Source: Candidatus Baldrarchaeum yapensis
GTDB lineage: Archaea > Asgardarchaeota > Baldrarchaeia > Baldrarchaeales > Baldrarchaeaceae
DNA: 32,000 nucleotides
Assembly: GCA_016840465.1 (NCBI GenBank)
Contig: JAEOSH010000008.1
Location: 1 to 32,000, forward strand
Direction: 5' to 3'
A program made the position numbers and the translations under genes. Each line of letters opens with the position of its first letter. Positions within the stretch are counted from its first letter, which is position 1. Positions 10,050-19,065 of this stretch are shown here, piece after piece. A model generated the notes under the pieces. That model was not told where the DNA came from. It ran no database searches and saw only the letters and a program-made list of their open reading frames with translations.

Positions 10050-10163
10050 TTTAGAACGAAGAACTCTAATTTCACAAAGTATTTTTCGATGTGGAAAGGG
10101 GCATTGGATATGAGCAAGTTAAGTACCTGCGTGACTACAGTGGCTGGGGTAAGAGTAATATGA
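9975..10163 (+). pseudogene. Truncated kaiC-like fragment forming a 62-aa chimeric ORF
   Basis: [25 protein letters not shown] is identical to the start of the 11599 gene, then the sequence is unrelated. It lacks the Walker A motif. Confidence 0.8.
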
Positions 10164-11422
10164 GCAATGTTGTTAAGACGAAAATTTACATTGGAGCATG
10201 TGGCATAGGGAGAGGACACGTTAGAAGGATGTTGTATTTCGTCGAAGAAGTTAAGAACAACATGGAAATTCTGTTTTCCACCTATAATGATGGTGTTCCA
10301 CCTCTGGAAAGAAACGGCATTCGGTTCATAAAATCTCCACCGATGGAACTTGAGTTCGGAGGCCCAGGAATAAAGATAGAGCCAAAACTCTTTGCTGCAA
10401 AGTTTCCGATTAAGGTGCTAAAGTTCTTACTGCAACTCCGTCACGAACTGATACATATGAGGAGTTTCAAGCCCGACATTGTCATATCGGACTCGCGACT
10501 ATCTACGGTGATCGCCGCAAAGCTTCTCGGCATACCGTGCATCCTTCTAGCACATCAATTGAACATAATTATTCCAAGTAAACCTCGCGACGCCCTCCCA
10601 AAGTGGAAGCTATTTGTAAAAGAGTTTTCCGAGAAAATAATAGGAATTTTCCTCTCTAGGTTGTGGCAATTAGCAGATAAAATATTAATCCCGGATGTGC
10701 CTCCACCATATAGCGTCTCCTACGAGACTCATAAACTGACTCTTGCACTCACAAAAAACCACAAAGCGATGTATATAGGGCCTCTTCTCTCCAGAGCTTT
10801 GCGGACTTATGTCGACATATATGCGGACAACATAAGAAAGAAATACGGAGTTCCTAAAGGGAAAATACTCGTATACATACTGGTTAGCGGCTCGGAGTAT
10901 GAGCGGCAACTCATGAAGAAGGCCGTAAAACGGCTGATAGAGGAAATTCCCGAAAATGACGAGATGTTTCTGATAGTGTCGTTAAGTTCGCCGAGTAAGT
11001 TATCCGTAAGGAAATGTAAGAACAACGTCCAAGTGTGGTCATGGATTCCCGATAACCTAGAAGTAATGGCAGTAGCGGATGTTATAGTCATCATGGCCGG
11101 TTACACGACAATAAATGAGGCAATATTTTTCGGAAAACCGATGGTGGTTGTACCATTCCCCTATCACACAGAAAAAGAGTCACATGCACGTACTCTAAAG
11201 AAACTCGGGGTTGCAGAGGTTCTACAGGTGGAGGAACTCACATATGAGAATCTAAAGAGGGCGGTTATCAGTCTTTTAAGAAGGGACAAGAGCGCTCTAA
11301 AAAAACTTAAAAAACTAGTAAGAGAGATGGATGGCGTCAAAACTCTCGTTTCAATAATCGGAAACGTGCTGAATCGCAGAGACGATAAGAGTAAAATCAA
11401 GAAATACACATATAAGTGTTGA
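10160..11422 (+). CDS. GT-B fold glycosyltransferase, GT28/MJ1255-like (copy 2)
   Basis: Paralog of 8591-9877: [24 protein letters not shown] and [33 protein letters not shown]. The likely start is ATG 10160 (ORF track 10091). Confidence 0.85.
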   Translation: MSNVVKTKIYIGACGIGRGHVRRMLYFVEEVKNNMEILFSTYNDGVPPLERNGIRFIKSPPMELEFGGPGIKIEPKLFAAKFPIKVLKFLLQLRHELIHMRSFKPDIVISDSRLSTVIAAKLLGIPCILLAHQLNIIIPSKPRDALPKWKLFVKEFSEKIIGIFLSRLWQLADKILIPDVPPPYSVSYETHKLTLALTKNHKAMYIGPLLSRALRTYVDIYADNIRKKYGVPKGKILVYILVSGSEYERQLMKKAVKRLIEEIPENDEMFLIVSLSSPSKLSVRKCKNNVQVWSWIPDNLEVMAVADVIVIMAGYTTINEAIFFGKPMVVVPFPYHTEKESHARTLKKLGVAEVLQVEELTYENLKRAVISLLRRDKSALKKLKKLVREMDGVKTLVSIIGNVLNRRDDKSKIKKYTYKC

Positions 11423-11588
11423 TCGCAAAAATGGCGATAGAATGAATGCCGGTATTGAAAATTACGGAATTGCTGTCTAGTAATCAAATAAATTCTCGAT
11501 TAATGCCAGAATATATTAAAGGTCATTAATATTGGCGGTCGAAATAAACTATTTGCTATCGATACGAAATATTAAGAATAGCACATAT

Positions 11589-11673
11589 GGGTGGTCGTAT
11601 GAAGAGGGTGAAGACGGGGATACCTGGCATGGATGAAATACTCCACGGCGGCTTCCCCAAACGCAATGTCATC
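11589..11673 (+). repeat. 85-bp direct repeat, copy 2 (5' end of the intact kaiC-like gene)
   Basis: Matches 9965-10049 with 2 mismatches; offset 1624 bp. Confidence 0.97.
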
Positions 11674-12324
11674 CTCCTTGCTGGTGGCCCTGGTACGGGG
11701 AAGTCTATCTTTGGCATGCAGTTCTTATGGGCTGGGGTCTCCCAATTCAATGAACCTGGCATTTATGTGGCCCTCGAGGAACATCCGGTCCAAGTAAGAA
11801 TAAACATGCAACAGTTTGGGTGGGATATAAGGCCATACGAAGAGGCGGGCATGTTCGCGGTTGTTGATGGATTCACGGGAGGTGTGGGGGAGGCGGCAAA
11901 ACGAGAAAAATACGTTGTGAGGTCCCCGGATGATGTACAGTCGTTAATAGATGTCCTCAGGGCAGCAATCAGAGATGTAAATGCCGAAAGGGTCGTGATA
12001 GATTCCGTGACAACACTATACCTGACAAAACCTGTAGTCGCTAGAAATACCGTAATGTTGCTAAAGAGAGTCTTAAGTGGTACCGGGTGCACCTCCATAC
12101 TCGTAAGTCAGGTATCAGTTACAGATAGAGGGTTCGGCGGCCCAGGAGTCGAGCATGCAGCAGATGGGATTATTAGACTTGACTTGGAGGAAGTAAAAGG
12201 AGAATTAAAACGAAGCCTAATCGTCTGGAAGATGAGAGGTACCGCGCATAGCATGAAAAGACATCCTTTTGAGATAACAAATGAGGGTATAATTGTGTAC
12301 CCTGACAAAACAGTGTCCTACTAG
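11599..12324 (+). CDS. Single-domain KaiC/RAD55-like RecA-superfamily ATPase (PH0284-type)
   Basis: [16 protein letters not shown], Walker [17 protein letters not shown], Walker [25 protein letters not shown] and KMRGTAHS. Confidence 0.92.
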   Translation: MKRVKTGIPGMDEILHGGFPKRNVILLAGGPGTGKSIFGMQFLWAGVSQFNEPGIYVALEEHPVQVRINMQQFGWDIRPYEEAGMFAVVDGFTGGVGEAAKREKYVVRSPDDVQSLIDVLRAAIRDVNAERVVIDSVTTLYLTKPVVARNTVMLLKRVLSGTGCTSILVSQVSVTDRGFGGPGVEHAADGIIRLDLEEVKGELKRSLIVWKMRGTAHSMKRHPFEITNEGIIVYPDKTVSY

Positions 12325-12333
12325 GTGGTCGTC

Positions 12334-12684
12334 ATGAGTGAGGTTCCTCTCAATCCCCTCGGAAGGGAAGAAATACACAAACTCGAAACGGCACTGCTGA
12401 TCGCAACTCTCTTTAGAAAAGATGTCCTCGAAATGTTAAAGGACCCAACTCAGAGGTTTACGTGGGTTGATGCTCTCGCGGTTGCCGCCGCAGCAATAGC
12501 GAGAGAAAAAGCGAAAATGACCATTCCTCAAATAGCTGAGGACTTGGGAAGAACTGAGGCAGCAATTAGGGCTCATTTGAGCGGAAAAACCAAAGCGGGA
12601 AGGATTGTTCGGGAAACTTATGAAATGCTGGTAAAATCCGGTGGAAAATTGGAACTAGGGGAACTTGAAAAACTACTTAAGTAA
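12334..12684 (+). CDS. KaiC-associated HTH regulatory protein (COG1318-like)
   Basis: VPLNPLGREEIHKLE, TWVDALAVAAAAIARE and MTIPQIAEDLGRTEAAIRAHLSGKTKAG. Directly downstream of the kaiC-like gene, as is usual for this pair. Confidence 0.85.
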   Translation: MSEVPLNPLGREEIHKLETALLIATLFRKDVLEMLKDPTQRFTWVDALAVAAAAIAREKAKMTIPQIAEDLGRTEAAIRAHLSGKTKAGRIVRETYEMLVKSGGKLELGELEKLLK

Positions 12685-12710
12685 CAAAGCGCCACCCGAT
12701 TTTTATCAAA

Positions 12711-14174
12711 TTATCCTAGGAAGGATCTTATTTTTGCAGCATGAACTATCTGTTCGCTTAAATTTGTGAAATCCCCGCGCTTTATCGCGTTTATGACGTT
12801 AGTCGATGCCACGAGATGTTCTTCATTGATCTCAAAATCGATGATATCGAGTCTCAGTCTTTTCGCTACCTCAACTGGTATGAGATCAAGAACCTTCTCA
12901 TTAAAGTATTGCAACCCGTCCGCTAGGTCTCTAAGGAAACTCGGTGCGGCATCGCAAATGAAGTCGAGATCCTTTTCTGTCAATACATTCAATCCAAGTA
13001 ACTCCGGGGGAAGACCTATAGAATATAGAGATGCACAGAATCTTATTGCGCGAGGAAGCTTCACATTGCCGACTTTGCGTGAATATCCGAATAGACCTAT
13101 GTGTAGTTTTCTCTTCCTACGATCCGGAACATACTTAGCAATCATATTTATGAGGTTTGCAAGTAGTTCCACCTGGCGTGAGTATTCTTCAGAGAACCTT
13201 CTTATTATCTCAAGTGCACGTTCTTCATCAACCAGAATTGGCCTGCCACGTTTGCTGTGATTTACTTTCTCGAGGGCTTTTATTACATCATGCGTGGGAT
13301 AATCATATTTAAACGCTGACTGGACGGTGAATGTCTGCACATCGGGATAGTTTTTAAGGCAAAGGTCAACAGTTGAAGGTTTGAAATTACCTCTGAAGGG
13401 AGCCGAGCCAACACCAACTATTGGAAATATGTCAACGGAAATTTTCTCACTAAGATGATATAATCTCTGCAATGCGATCTTATTCAGCAAAACTGCTGAG
13501 GCAACACCATAATTCAGCGCTGGATCGCTTCTTGCAAGAAATACTCTAATATATTCGAAGTCCTTATCCTTCAAGTACTCCTCAACTATCCTGTGGGCAG
13601 ACAGCATGGACTTCATGTCCTCTATTAGTGGGATTACGTGAATTTCTTCAGGCTTAAACTTCCCGACCCACTCAGAAATCGTTATGTCGCCGTCAAAGAA
13701 ACGCATATGCTGCTTCCCTGCGACATATTTCTTATAGTAGAAGTATACGCGGTTTAACTCGACATGAGAAGTCGTCATAGGAAGTATTACTTCGAATATG
13801 GGAGGCACGTCTTCTCCGTAAAACCTATGGGCTATGTCATAGGATCGGGGGATGCTTTCGAGAGTCTCAAGTAGCACTTTACCTTCGTTCTTTTCGACGG
13901 AGGGATTCGGAACTCTCGGCGTTAGGAAAACATCAACACCCAACTTGCACATCCTAAAAAAAGACTCGTACTTTGTGAGCAGTTTCCTCACAACGAAAGC
14001 ATCGACCTCTTTTCCCTCATAATCCCACATTTGTTCGTCACATCCCAGATGAGAGAAAACAAAATAGGCTTCCGTGACCTCATCGTCCCCGCCAAGTACT
14101 GCATTCTGCGCAAAGAATGGTATCGATACGTTATCAGGATGTTGGGTACTCATAGTTCTTGGGATTTTTCTCAT
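12711..14174 (-). CDS. ppcA: Archaeal-type phosphoenolpyruvate carboxylase
   Basis: IPRTMSTQHPDN, EQMWDYEGK, RVFLARSDPALNYG, GVGSAPFRG, FTVQSAFKYD, HIGLFGYSR and LPRAIRFCASLYSIGLPPELLG. Confidence 0.97.
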   Translation of the reverse strand: MRKIPRTMSTQHPDNVSIPFFAQNAVLGGDDEVTEAYFVFSHLGCDEQMWDYEGKEVDAFVVRKLLTKYESFFRMCKLGVDVFLTPRVPNPSVEKNEGKVLLETLESIPRSYDIAHRFYGEDVPPIFEVILPMTTSHVELNRVYFYYKKYVAGKQHMRFFDGDITISEWVGKFKPEEIHVIPLIEDMKSMLSAHRIVEEYLKDKDFEYIRVFLARSDPALNYGVASAVLLNKIALQRLYHLSEKISVDIFPIVGVGSAPFRGNFKPSTVDLCLKNYPDVQTFTVQSAFKYDYPTHDVIKALEKVNHSKRGRPILVDEERALEIIRRFSEEYSRQVELLANLINMIAKYVPDRRKRKLHIGLFGYSRKVGNVKLPRAIRFCASLYSIGLPPELLGLNVLTEKDLDFICDAAPSFLRDLADGLQYFNEKVLDLIPVEVAKRLRLDIIDFEINEEHLVASTNVINAIKRGDFTNLSEQIVHAAKIRSFLG

Positions 14175-14219
14175 GGAGTCCACCGCACACGGAAAGCCCA
14201 CTTTACACACCGCTTAGGG

Positions 14220-14230
14220 TTTATATTCTT
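14220..14230 (-). promoter_or_regulatory. Putative BRE/TATA box for ppcA
   Basis: The minus strand reads AAGAATATAAA about 45 nt upstream of the ATG, and GGTGG precedes the ATG. Confidence 0.4.
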
Positions 14231-14565
14231 ATCGAAGCATTGAACTTGACCGGAAAATTGCAACGCATCCAGAAACGGTCTTGAAATATCGCGATTATTT
14301 GCGAGATTGCCCGTCGGAGATGTACAATATCTTGATTATCTACCGCAGATGACCCTTTTAAAATAGTATAGTACGCATGAGATCTCGATTTTTCGCGTGT
14401 TGCAATAATATCATACCCGTTTATGAGATACCTACGGCTATAGTTATGATCATGATGTTTTTCGTCCTCACATGAATGTTACATATGATACTGTAGTGAA
14501 ACAATAATTTGTAAATGCAACCCCTAAATAGTGGCCGCCCCACATATATTACTGAGGTGCCAAGA

Positions 14566-16404
14566 TTGCCAGGAGGGTACATGGGGAAGTTTCTGCGTGT
14601 AAACCTCTCTGATGGTACGATAAAAGAGGAAAAATTCAGCGACGAGGTACTAAAAAATTACATCGGCGGTAGGGGGCTCGGAGTTAGAATTTTATACGAC
14701 GAACTGAAGCCCGGGACTGACCCCCTCTCACCGGAAAACAAGATCCTTATAATGACAGGCCCTCTAACCGGAACTGCCGCACCACAAAGTGGAAGATGGT
14801 GTTCGGTCACCAAGTCGCCCCTCACGGGCACAATTCACGACTCTCACAGTGGAGGTAGTTTCGGGCCTGAGTTGAAATTCTCCGGATTCGACGGTATAAT
14901 AATAGAAGGCGCCGCCGAAAAGCCTGTATATCTTTGGATTCACGATGGAGAAGCCGAAATAAGAAAAGCAGACCATCTATGGGGTAAAGACACTCACACC
15001 ACCACGGATATGATCATAAAAGAACTCGGAGATCCCAACATAAAGGTCGCATGCATAGGCCCCGCCGGAGAAAATCTCGTAAGGATAGCCTGTATAATCA
15101 ATGATAAGCACAGGGCGGCGGGAAGAGGAGGCCATGGTGCAGTATGGGGAAGTAAGAAACTAAAGGCCATTGCTGTGAGAGGAACCCAGCGCCCACCAAT
15201 AGCCGATGAGGAAGCCTTTAAGGAAGCCGTCAAGGACGCAAGGGAGAAGTTCAGGGCAAATCCTGTAACCGGTCAATCACTGCCCCAGTACGGAACGGCA
15301 GTTCTCGTTAATATAATAAATGAAAGTGGATTGTTCCCAACAAGGAACTTCCAGACGGGAGTTTTCAGAACTGCAAACAGAATAAGCGGAGAAACCTTAG
15401 CGGAAACGCTCCTTGTGAAAAAGAAGCCCTGCTGGGGATGCATGATAGCATGTGGAAGAGTAACAAAGGTACCACCATGGAGCCCGTACAGCGGAGAGGG
15501 AGAAGGACCAGAATACGAGACCATCTGGGCATTTGGTGCTGACTGTGGTGTCGATAACCTAGAAGCAATCACAAAGGCAAACTATCTGTGTAATGAACTC
15601 GGGCTCGATACAATATCAATGGGCGCAGTGATCGCATGCGCAATGGAACTGTACGAGAAAGGATACATGAAGCCCGAGCAGACACGTGGCCTCGACCTGA
15701 AATTCGGCAATGCCGCCGCAATCGTGGAACTAACTTGGAGGACCGCATACAGGTCGGGTCTCGGTGATGACCTTGCTGAGGGTGCCGAGAGGTTAGCAAA
15801 GAAGTACGGAGCACCCGAGCTTGCCATGACCGTTAAGGGACAGGAATTGCCAGCATATGACCCCAGAGGAGCAAAGGGTCATGGCCTCGGATATGCGACA
15901 AGCAATAGAGGAGGTTGCCACCTTAGAGCTTACATGATATCACCGGAGATACTAGGAGTGCCCGAGAAACTCGATCCGCTAACACCTGAAGGAAAGGCTC
16001 AATGGGTCATAACGTTCCAGGATCTCTTCGCGGTTTGTGACAGCCTGATATTATGTAAGTTCAACACATTCGCAATAGGCGCCGAGGAGTTTGCAGCAAT
16101 GCTCTCCGCGGCCACCGGATGGAAGTATACGGCTGACGACATAATGAAAGTCGGAGAAAGGATCTATAACCTAGAAAGGGCATTTAACATAAGAGAAGGA
16201 TTCAAGGGACGTGAGGAGGACACACTTCCGAAGAGATTGCTGGAGGAGCCAATGCCGGAGGGTCCGGCGAAGGGTCATGTCGTCGAACTTGATAAAATGC
16301 TTGACGAGTACTACAAACTGAGAGGATGGGTGGACGGAAAACCAACTAAGGCGAAACTTAAGGAATTAGGGTTAGAAAAAGAAGCAGAAGAAGTCGGAGT
16401 ATAG
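14566..16404 (+). CDS. aor: Tungsten-containing aldehyde:ferredoxin oxidoreductase
   Basis: GYMGKFLRVNLS, TKSPLTG, RAAGRGGHGAVWGSKKLKAI, CWGCMIACGR, EGPEYET, GLDTISMG, AYDPRG and TSNRGGCH. GAGGTG followed by TTG at 14566 gives MPGGYMGK. Confidence 0.95.
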   Translation: MPGGYMGKFLRVNLSDGTIKEEKFSDEVLKNYIGGRGLGVRILYDELKPGTDPLSPENKILIMTGPLTGTAAPQSGRWCSVTKSPLTGTIHDSHSGGSFGPELKFSGFDGIIIEGAAEKPVYLWIHDGEAEIRKADHLWGKDTHTTTDMIIKELGDPNIKVACIGPAGENLVRIACIINDKHRAAGRGGHGAVWGSKKLKAIAVRGTQRPPIADEEAFKEAVKDAREKFRANPVTGQSLPQYGTAVLVNIINESGLFPTRNFQTGVFRTANRISGETLAETLLVKKKPCWGCMIACGRVTKVPPWSPYSGEGEGPEYETIWAFGADCGVDNLEAITKANYLCNELGLDTISMGAVIACAMELYEKGYMKPEQTRGLDLKFGNAAAIVELTWRTAYRSGLGDDLAEGAERLAKKYGAPELAMTVKGQELPAYDPRGAKGHGLGYATSNRGGCHLRAYMISPEILGVPEKLDPLTPEGKAQWVITFQDLFAVCDSLILCKFNTFAIGAEEFAAMLSAATGWKYTADDIMKVGERIYNLERAFNIREGFKGREEDTLPKRLLEEPMPEGPAKGHVVELDKMLDEYYKLRGWVDGKPTKAKLKELGLEKEAEEVGV

Positions 16405-16419
16405 CAATCTATCCTTCGG

Positions 16420-16442
16420 CATTTTTCTTTAATTTTAAACCA
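16420..16442. terminator. T-rich region between the convergent aor and radical SAM genes
   Basis: ATTTTTCTTTAATTTT between the two stop codons. Confidence 0.35.
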
Positions 16443-17549
16443 TTAAAATGGACATTTTATCACCTTTCTTGCCCATAGACAATCAGCACAACTTGGAGAG
16501 TTCCCCCAGCAATCTAAAACGTTTTCCTCAACAAACCAACATCCATGCTGAAACTCGCAGTCGTAGCATGAGGGAAAGTGAAATAAACGTACGATTGCGC
16601 GAAACTTGACATATTCTTCCGACTTCCATATCTCCGCAAGAGTGCGCTCTGTCAACGAACCGAATGAAATCTGCTTTATGTATTTCTTTCGAGTGCCTAT
16701 GTAGCATGGGTACGTATGCATGAAATTGTAGCAGGGTGTGACCTTACCATCCCATGTGACAGCACAGGCGTGGTTATCAATAAAGTCGCAAGACCTTTCG
16801 GTTTTTATCTCAAACCTCGGTAACAGTAGCCTGACTTTTTCGGAGAAGACCCTCTTCGTGGCAAAATCGATTATCGACTTCGCGGAGGCTATTGCTCCGT
16901 CGTCAGTGTATATTGCATTTGCAAGAACCTCCTCGGTATGCGGCAAAACATTCGACACAAATATTGAAGTAACCCCACTCTCATGCGCAACTCTCATAAG
17001 CTTAGGAAGTTCATCCATGTTATTTTTCATCATCACGAATGAAAACCACACCTCGGGACGGCGATTCCCATCCTCACCAAGCAATTTTCTAACTCCCTCG
17101 AACACTTTATGAACGTTGAATCCTCTAATCGCCTTGTAGGTTTCCTCGCTCACTCCGTCAATCGATACAACGACTCTATCAGCACTAACTCTACGTAAGA
17201 AATCAGCAAACTCCTCTAAGAGAGACCCGTTCGTAACAAGCCCTAACCACATACCACTCTTCTTTACCAACTCGGCAGCTTCTTCGAAGTGCTCATAAAA
17301 TAAGGGTTCACCGTAACCGCCGAACCATATATTCCTGACCCCTATTCTCCTACAATCCTCAATTATCCTTCTCAATAGCTTAAGTTCCATATCCGCGAGT
17401 TCTTCCTTCCAAACTCTCCTTACACACATAACGCAATTCATATTACATCGAGTCGTCAACTCTAAGAACAACGTTTTCAGTGGATCCATCAGATCGGCAA
17501 GTACAGTGAGTCCCTTCAATTTTAATGCACAAAAACGCTTGTTAGTCAT
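16443..17549 (-). CDS. Radical SAM/SPASM protein, tungsten cofactor oxidoreductase maturase-like
   Basis: ELTTRCNMNCVMC (CxxxCxxC), FGGYGEPL, SPASM CDFIDNHACAVTWDGKVTPC and CYDCEFQHGC...DCWGNSPSCADCLWA. Adjacent to aor. Confidence 0.85.
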   Translation of the reverse strand: MTNKRFCALKLKGLTVLADLMDPLKTLFLELTTRCNMNCVMCVRRVWKEELADMELKLLRRIIEDCRRIGVRNIWFGGYGEPLFYEHFEEAAELVKKSGMWLGLVTNGSLLEEFADFLRRVSADRVVVSIDGVSEETYKAIRGFNVHKVFEGVRKLLGEDGNRRPEVWFSFVMMKNNMDELPKLMRVAHESGVTSIFVSNVLPHTEEVLANAIYTDDGAIASAKSIIDFATKRVFSEKVRLLLPRFEIKTERSCDFIDNHACAVTWDGKVTPCYNFMHTYPCYIGTRKKYIKQISFGSLTERTLAEIWKSEEYVKFRAIVRLFHFPSCYDCEFQHGCWFVEENVLDCWGNSPSCADCLWARKVIKCPF

Positions 17550-17723
17550 TATAAACACCAAGACTAATGTATCACCCTAGAATCTTAAGGTTCTTGGTAT
17601 CAGAATCCATAGGAGGAGTATTTTCATATATCACGTAATCAAAATGTAAACGTACGAAAGTGTACCAAAATCTTAATCAAAAATCAATATATTGGTGGAC
17701 TTTTGCCAAAACAGGAGATAAAC

Positions 17724-18161
17724 ATGAGCGAGAGCATCGAACTCGTAAGAACAAGAAGAATCTTATCGCTAGAAGATGCAGCGGCGTTTCATGGACATAA
17801 GGGCTCTTTTTTATATTAGATTATAGAATCGGAAGATTAGCCGTTTCGGTTTTGAGACCAAAGGATGAATTTGACCTCATAGCTAAGGTACATGTGCCCT
17901 ATAAGCATCCGTTCTCCTGCATACTCGACGGAATTCAATGTTCGACAAAATGTATTATTGGGAAGGAAAACCTAATGTTTTTCAAATAGCGGTGAAATGC
18001 TGATAGAATTTGAGTGTAAAAGTGCCAAAAAGAAGATGCTGATATTTCTGAATAGGAAATTAACAAATAAAATTCTCAAGGAGGAAAATATTCTCGAAGT
18101 TATAAATACGATGCAAGAATTGCCACTAGAAAAAATTGTCGAGAAACTGGAAGTTCAATAG
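17724..18161 (+). pseudogene. FmdE-family (FwdE-like) protein pseudogene with two frameshifts; not in the ORF track
   Basis: AGGAG RBS and ATG 17724 give ...LEDAAAFHGHKGSFL. A -1 shift near 17814 gives LDYRIGRLA...SCILDGIQCSTKCIIGKENL. A +1 shift near 17981 returns to the first frame, ending at TAG 18159-18161. FHGH and SC..DGIQ..T.C..GK.NL are FmdE-family motifs. Confidence 0.8.
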
Positions 18162-18175
18162 AGAATTTTGCATGC

Positions 18176-19057
18176 CTATGAAGGACGGGCTGTTTTCTCC
18201 TCAAACCACTCGCTTAACTCTAGGCATGTCAACTTTATGATAAAAGGCAACAGCTTAAACACTTCGGCGATATCATCGTAGTACGGAAGCGGAGAGTGAA
18301 TGGCGAGCGTCAGCTTATCTCCTTCCAACTGAACAATTATTTCATGCGTAAGGGAAATATACTTCGAAAACCTTCGTAAAATCTCCAGAACTCCGCTGAG
18401 ATCGGGAAGCAATCTCATATTTTTGGGGATATATTCCTTGATCACGTACTTTGGTGTCACAAAGAGTTTTAATTTCTCATACCGTTTTGCATCCCGTTTT
18501 AACGAGACTACCAGATACCTTCCGATTATCCCATCAAAAACATCAGACTCGGCGATCAGAAAGTCTCTCATTCTGATAGAGAGAGGCCTTGGACCATAAG
18601 CGATTTCAAAAGCCTTGCCATCTACGATCATTCTGCAAAAATCTCTGAGTGTCGGAGCATTAATAACCTCGGCAGAGGAATTAAAAACTCTTTCTAAGAA
18701 GGAGATATCTTTTTTAAGCAAGTTTACTGCCATTTTTGCAGAGTTGCATTTTTCTGCATGTTTGATAGCGATCCATGTACAAAGCGAACTCAATAAGACA
18801 TTTGTAGGAAGAACAACAACCACGCATACCAAGAGCAACTCGGAGAATAGCACCATCACTGCGGTTCGCATCGGAAGTATTTCCAAAGCCGTCCTGAACG
18901 CTGTGCAGTAAAAGATTAAAAAGATGAACAGCGTTTCTAAAAGCACTACCCAGGGTTCATCTAACTTCTGGCAAACTCTCTGAAGTTTACTCTCATGAAG
19001 TACGCGCTTTCTATCTTCAACTGCCAAATCTACTAACTTTTTCCTTTCATCGCTCAC
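18176..19057 (-). CDS. Hypothetical membrane-anchored protein
   Basis: Two N-terminal hydrophobic segments followed by a soluble domain of about 190 aa; no family recognised. Confidence 0.65.
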   Translation of the reverse strand: MSDERKKLVDLAVEDRKRVLHESKLQRVCQKLDEPWVVLLETLFIFLIFYCTAFRTALEILPMRTAVMVLFSELLLVCVVVVLPTNVLLSSLCTWIAIKHAEKCNSAKMAVNLLKKDISFLERVFNSSAEVINAPTLRDFCRMIVDGKAFEIAYGPRPLSIRMRDFLIAESDVFDGIIGRYLVVSLKRDAKRYEKLKLFVTPKYVIKEYIPKNMRLLPDLSGVLEILRRFSKYISLTHEIIVQLEGDKLTLAIHSPLPYYDDIAEVFKLLPFIIKLTCLELSEWFEEKTARPS

Positions 19058-19065
19058 TCAAAACC

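Noticed and set aside
9965-11673. Interpreting the repeat-flanked unit as an IS or provirus
   Set aside because: No transposase, integrase, terminal inverted repeats or tRNA att site; kept only as a recombination footprint.
11599-12684. KaiC-like ATPase plus HTH partner as a novel or circadian system
   Set aside because: This is a well-known archaeal gene pair. It has a single KaiC domain and no kaiA/kaiB, so there is no basis for a clock claim.
12766-13260. 164-aa + strand ORF and the many other antisense ORFs inside genes (e.g. 9160-9507, 16738-17112, 19647-20036, 20058-20438)
   Set aside because: Shadow ORFs opposite well-supported genes, with Ser/Ile-rich antisense composition and no motifs.
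14284-14300. Imperfect palindrome AAATATCGCGATTATTT between ppcA and aor
   Set aside because: Only an 8-bp perfect core, with no second copy found; compatible with chance.
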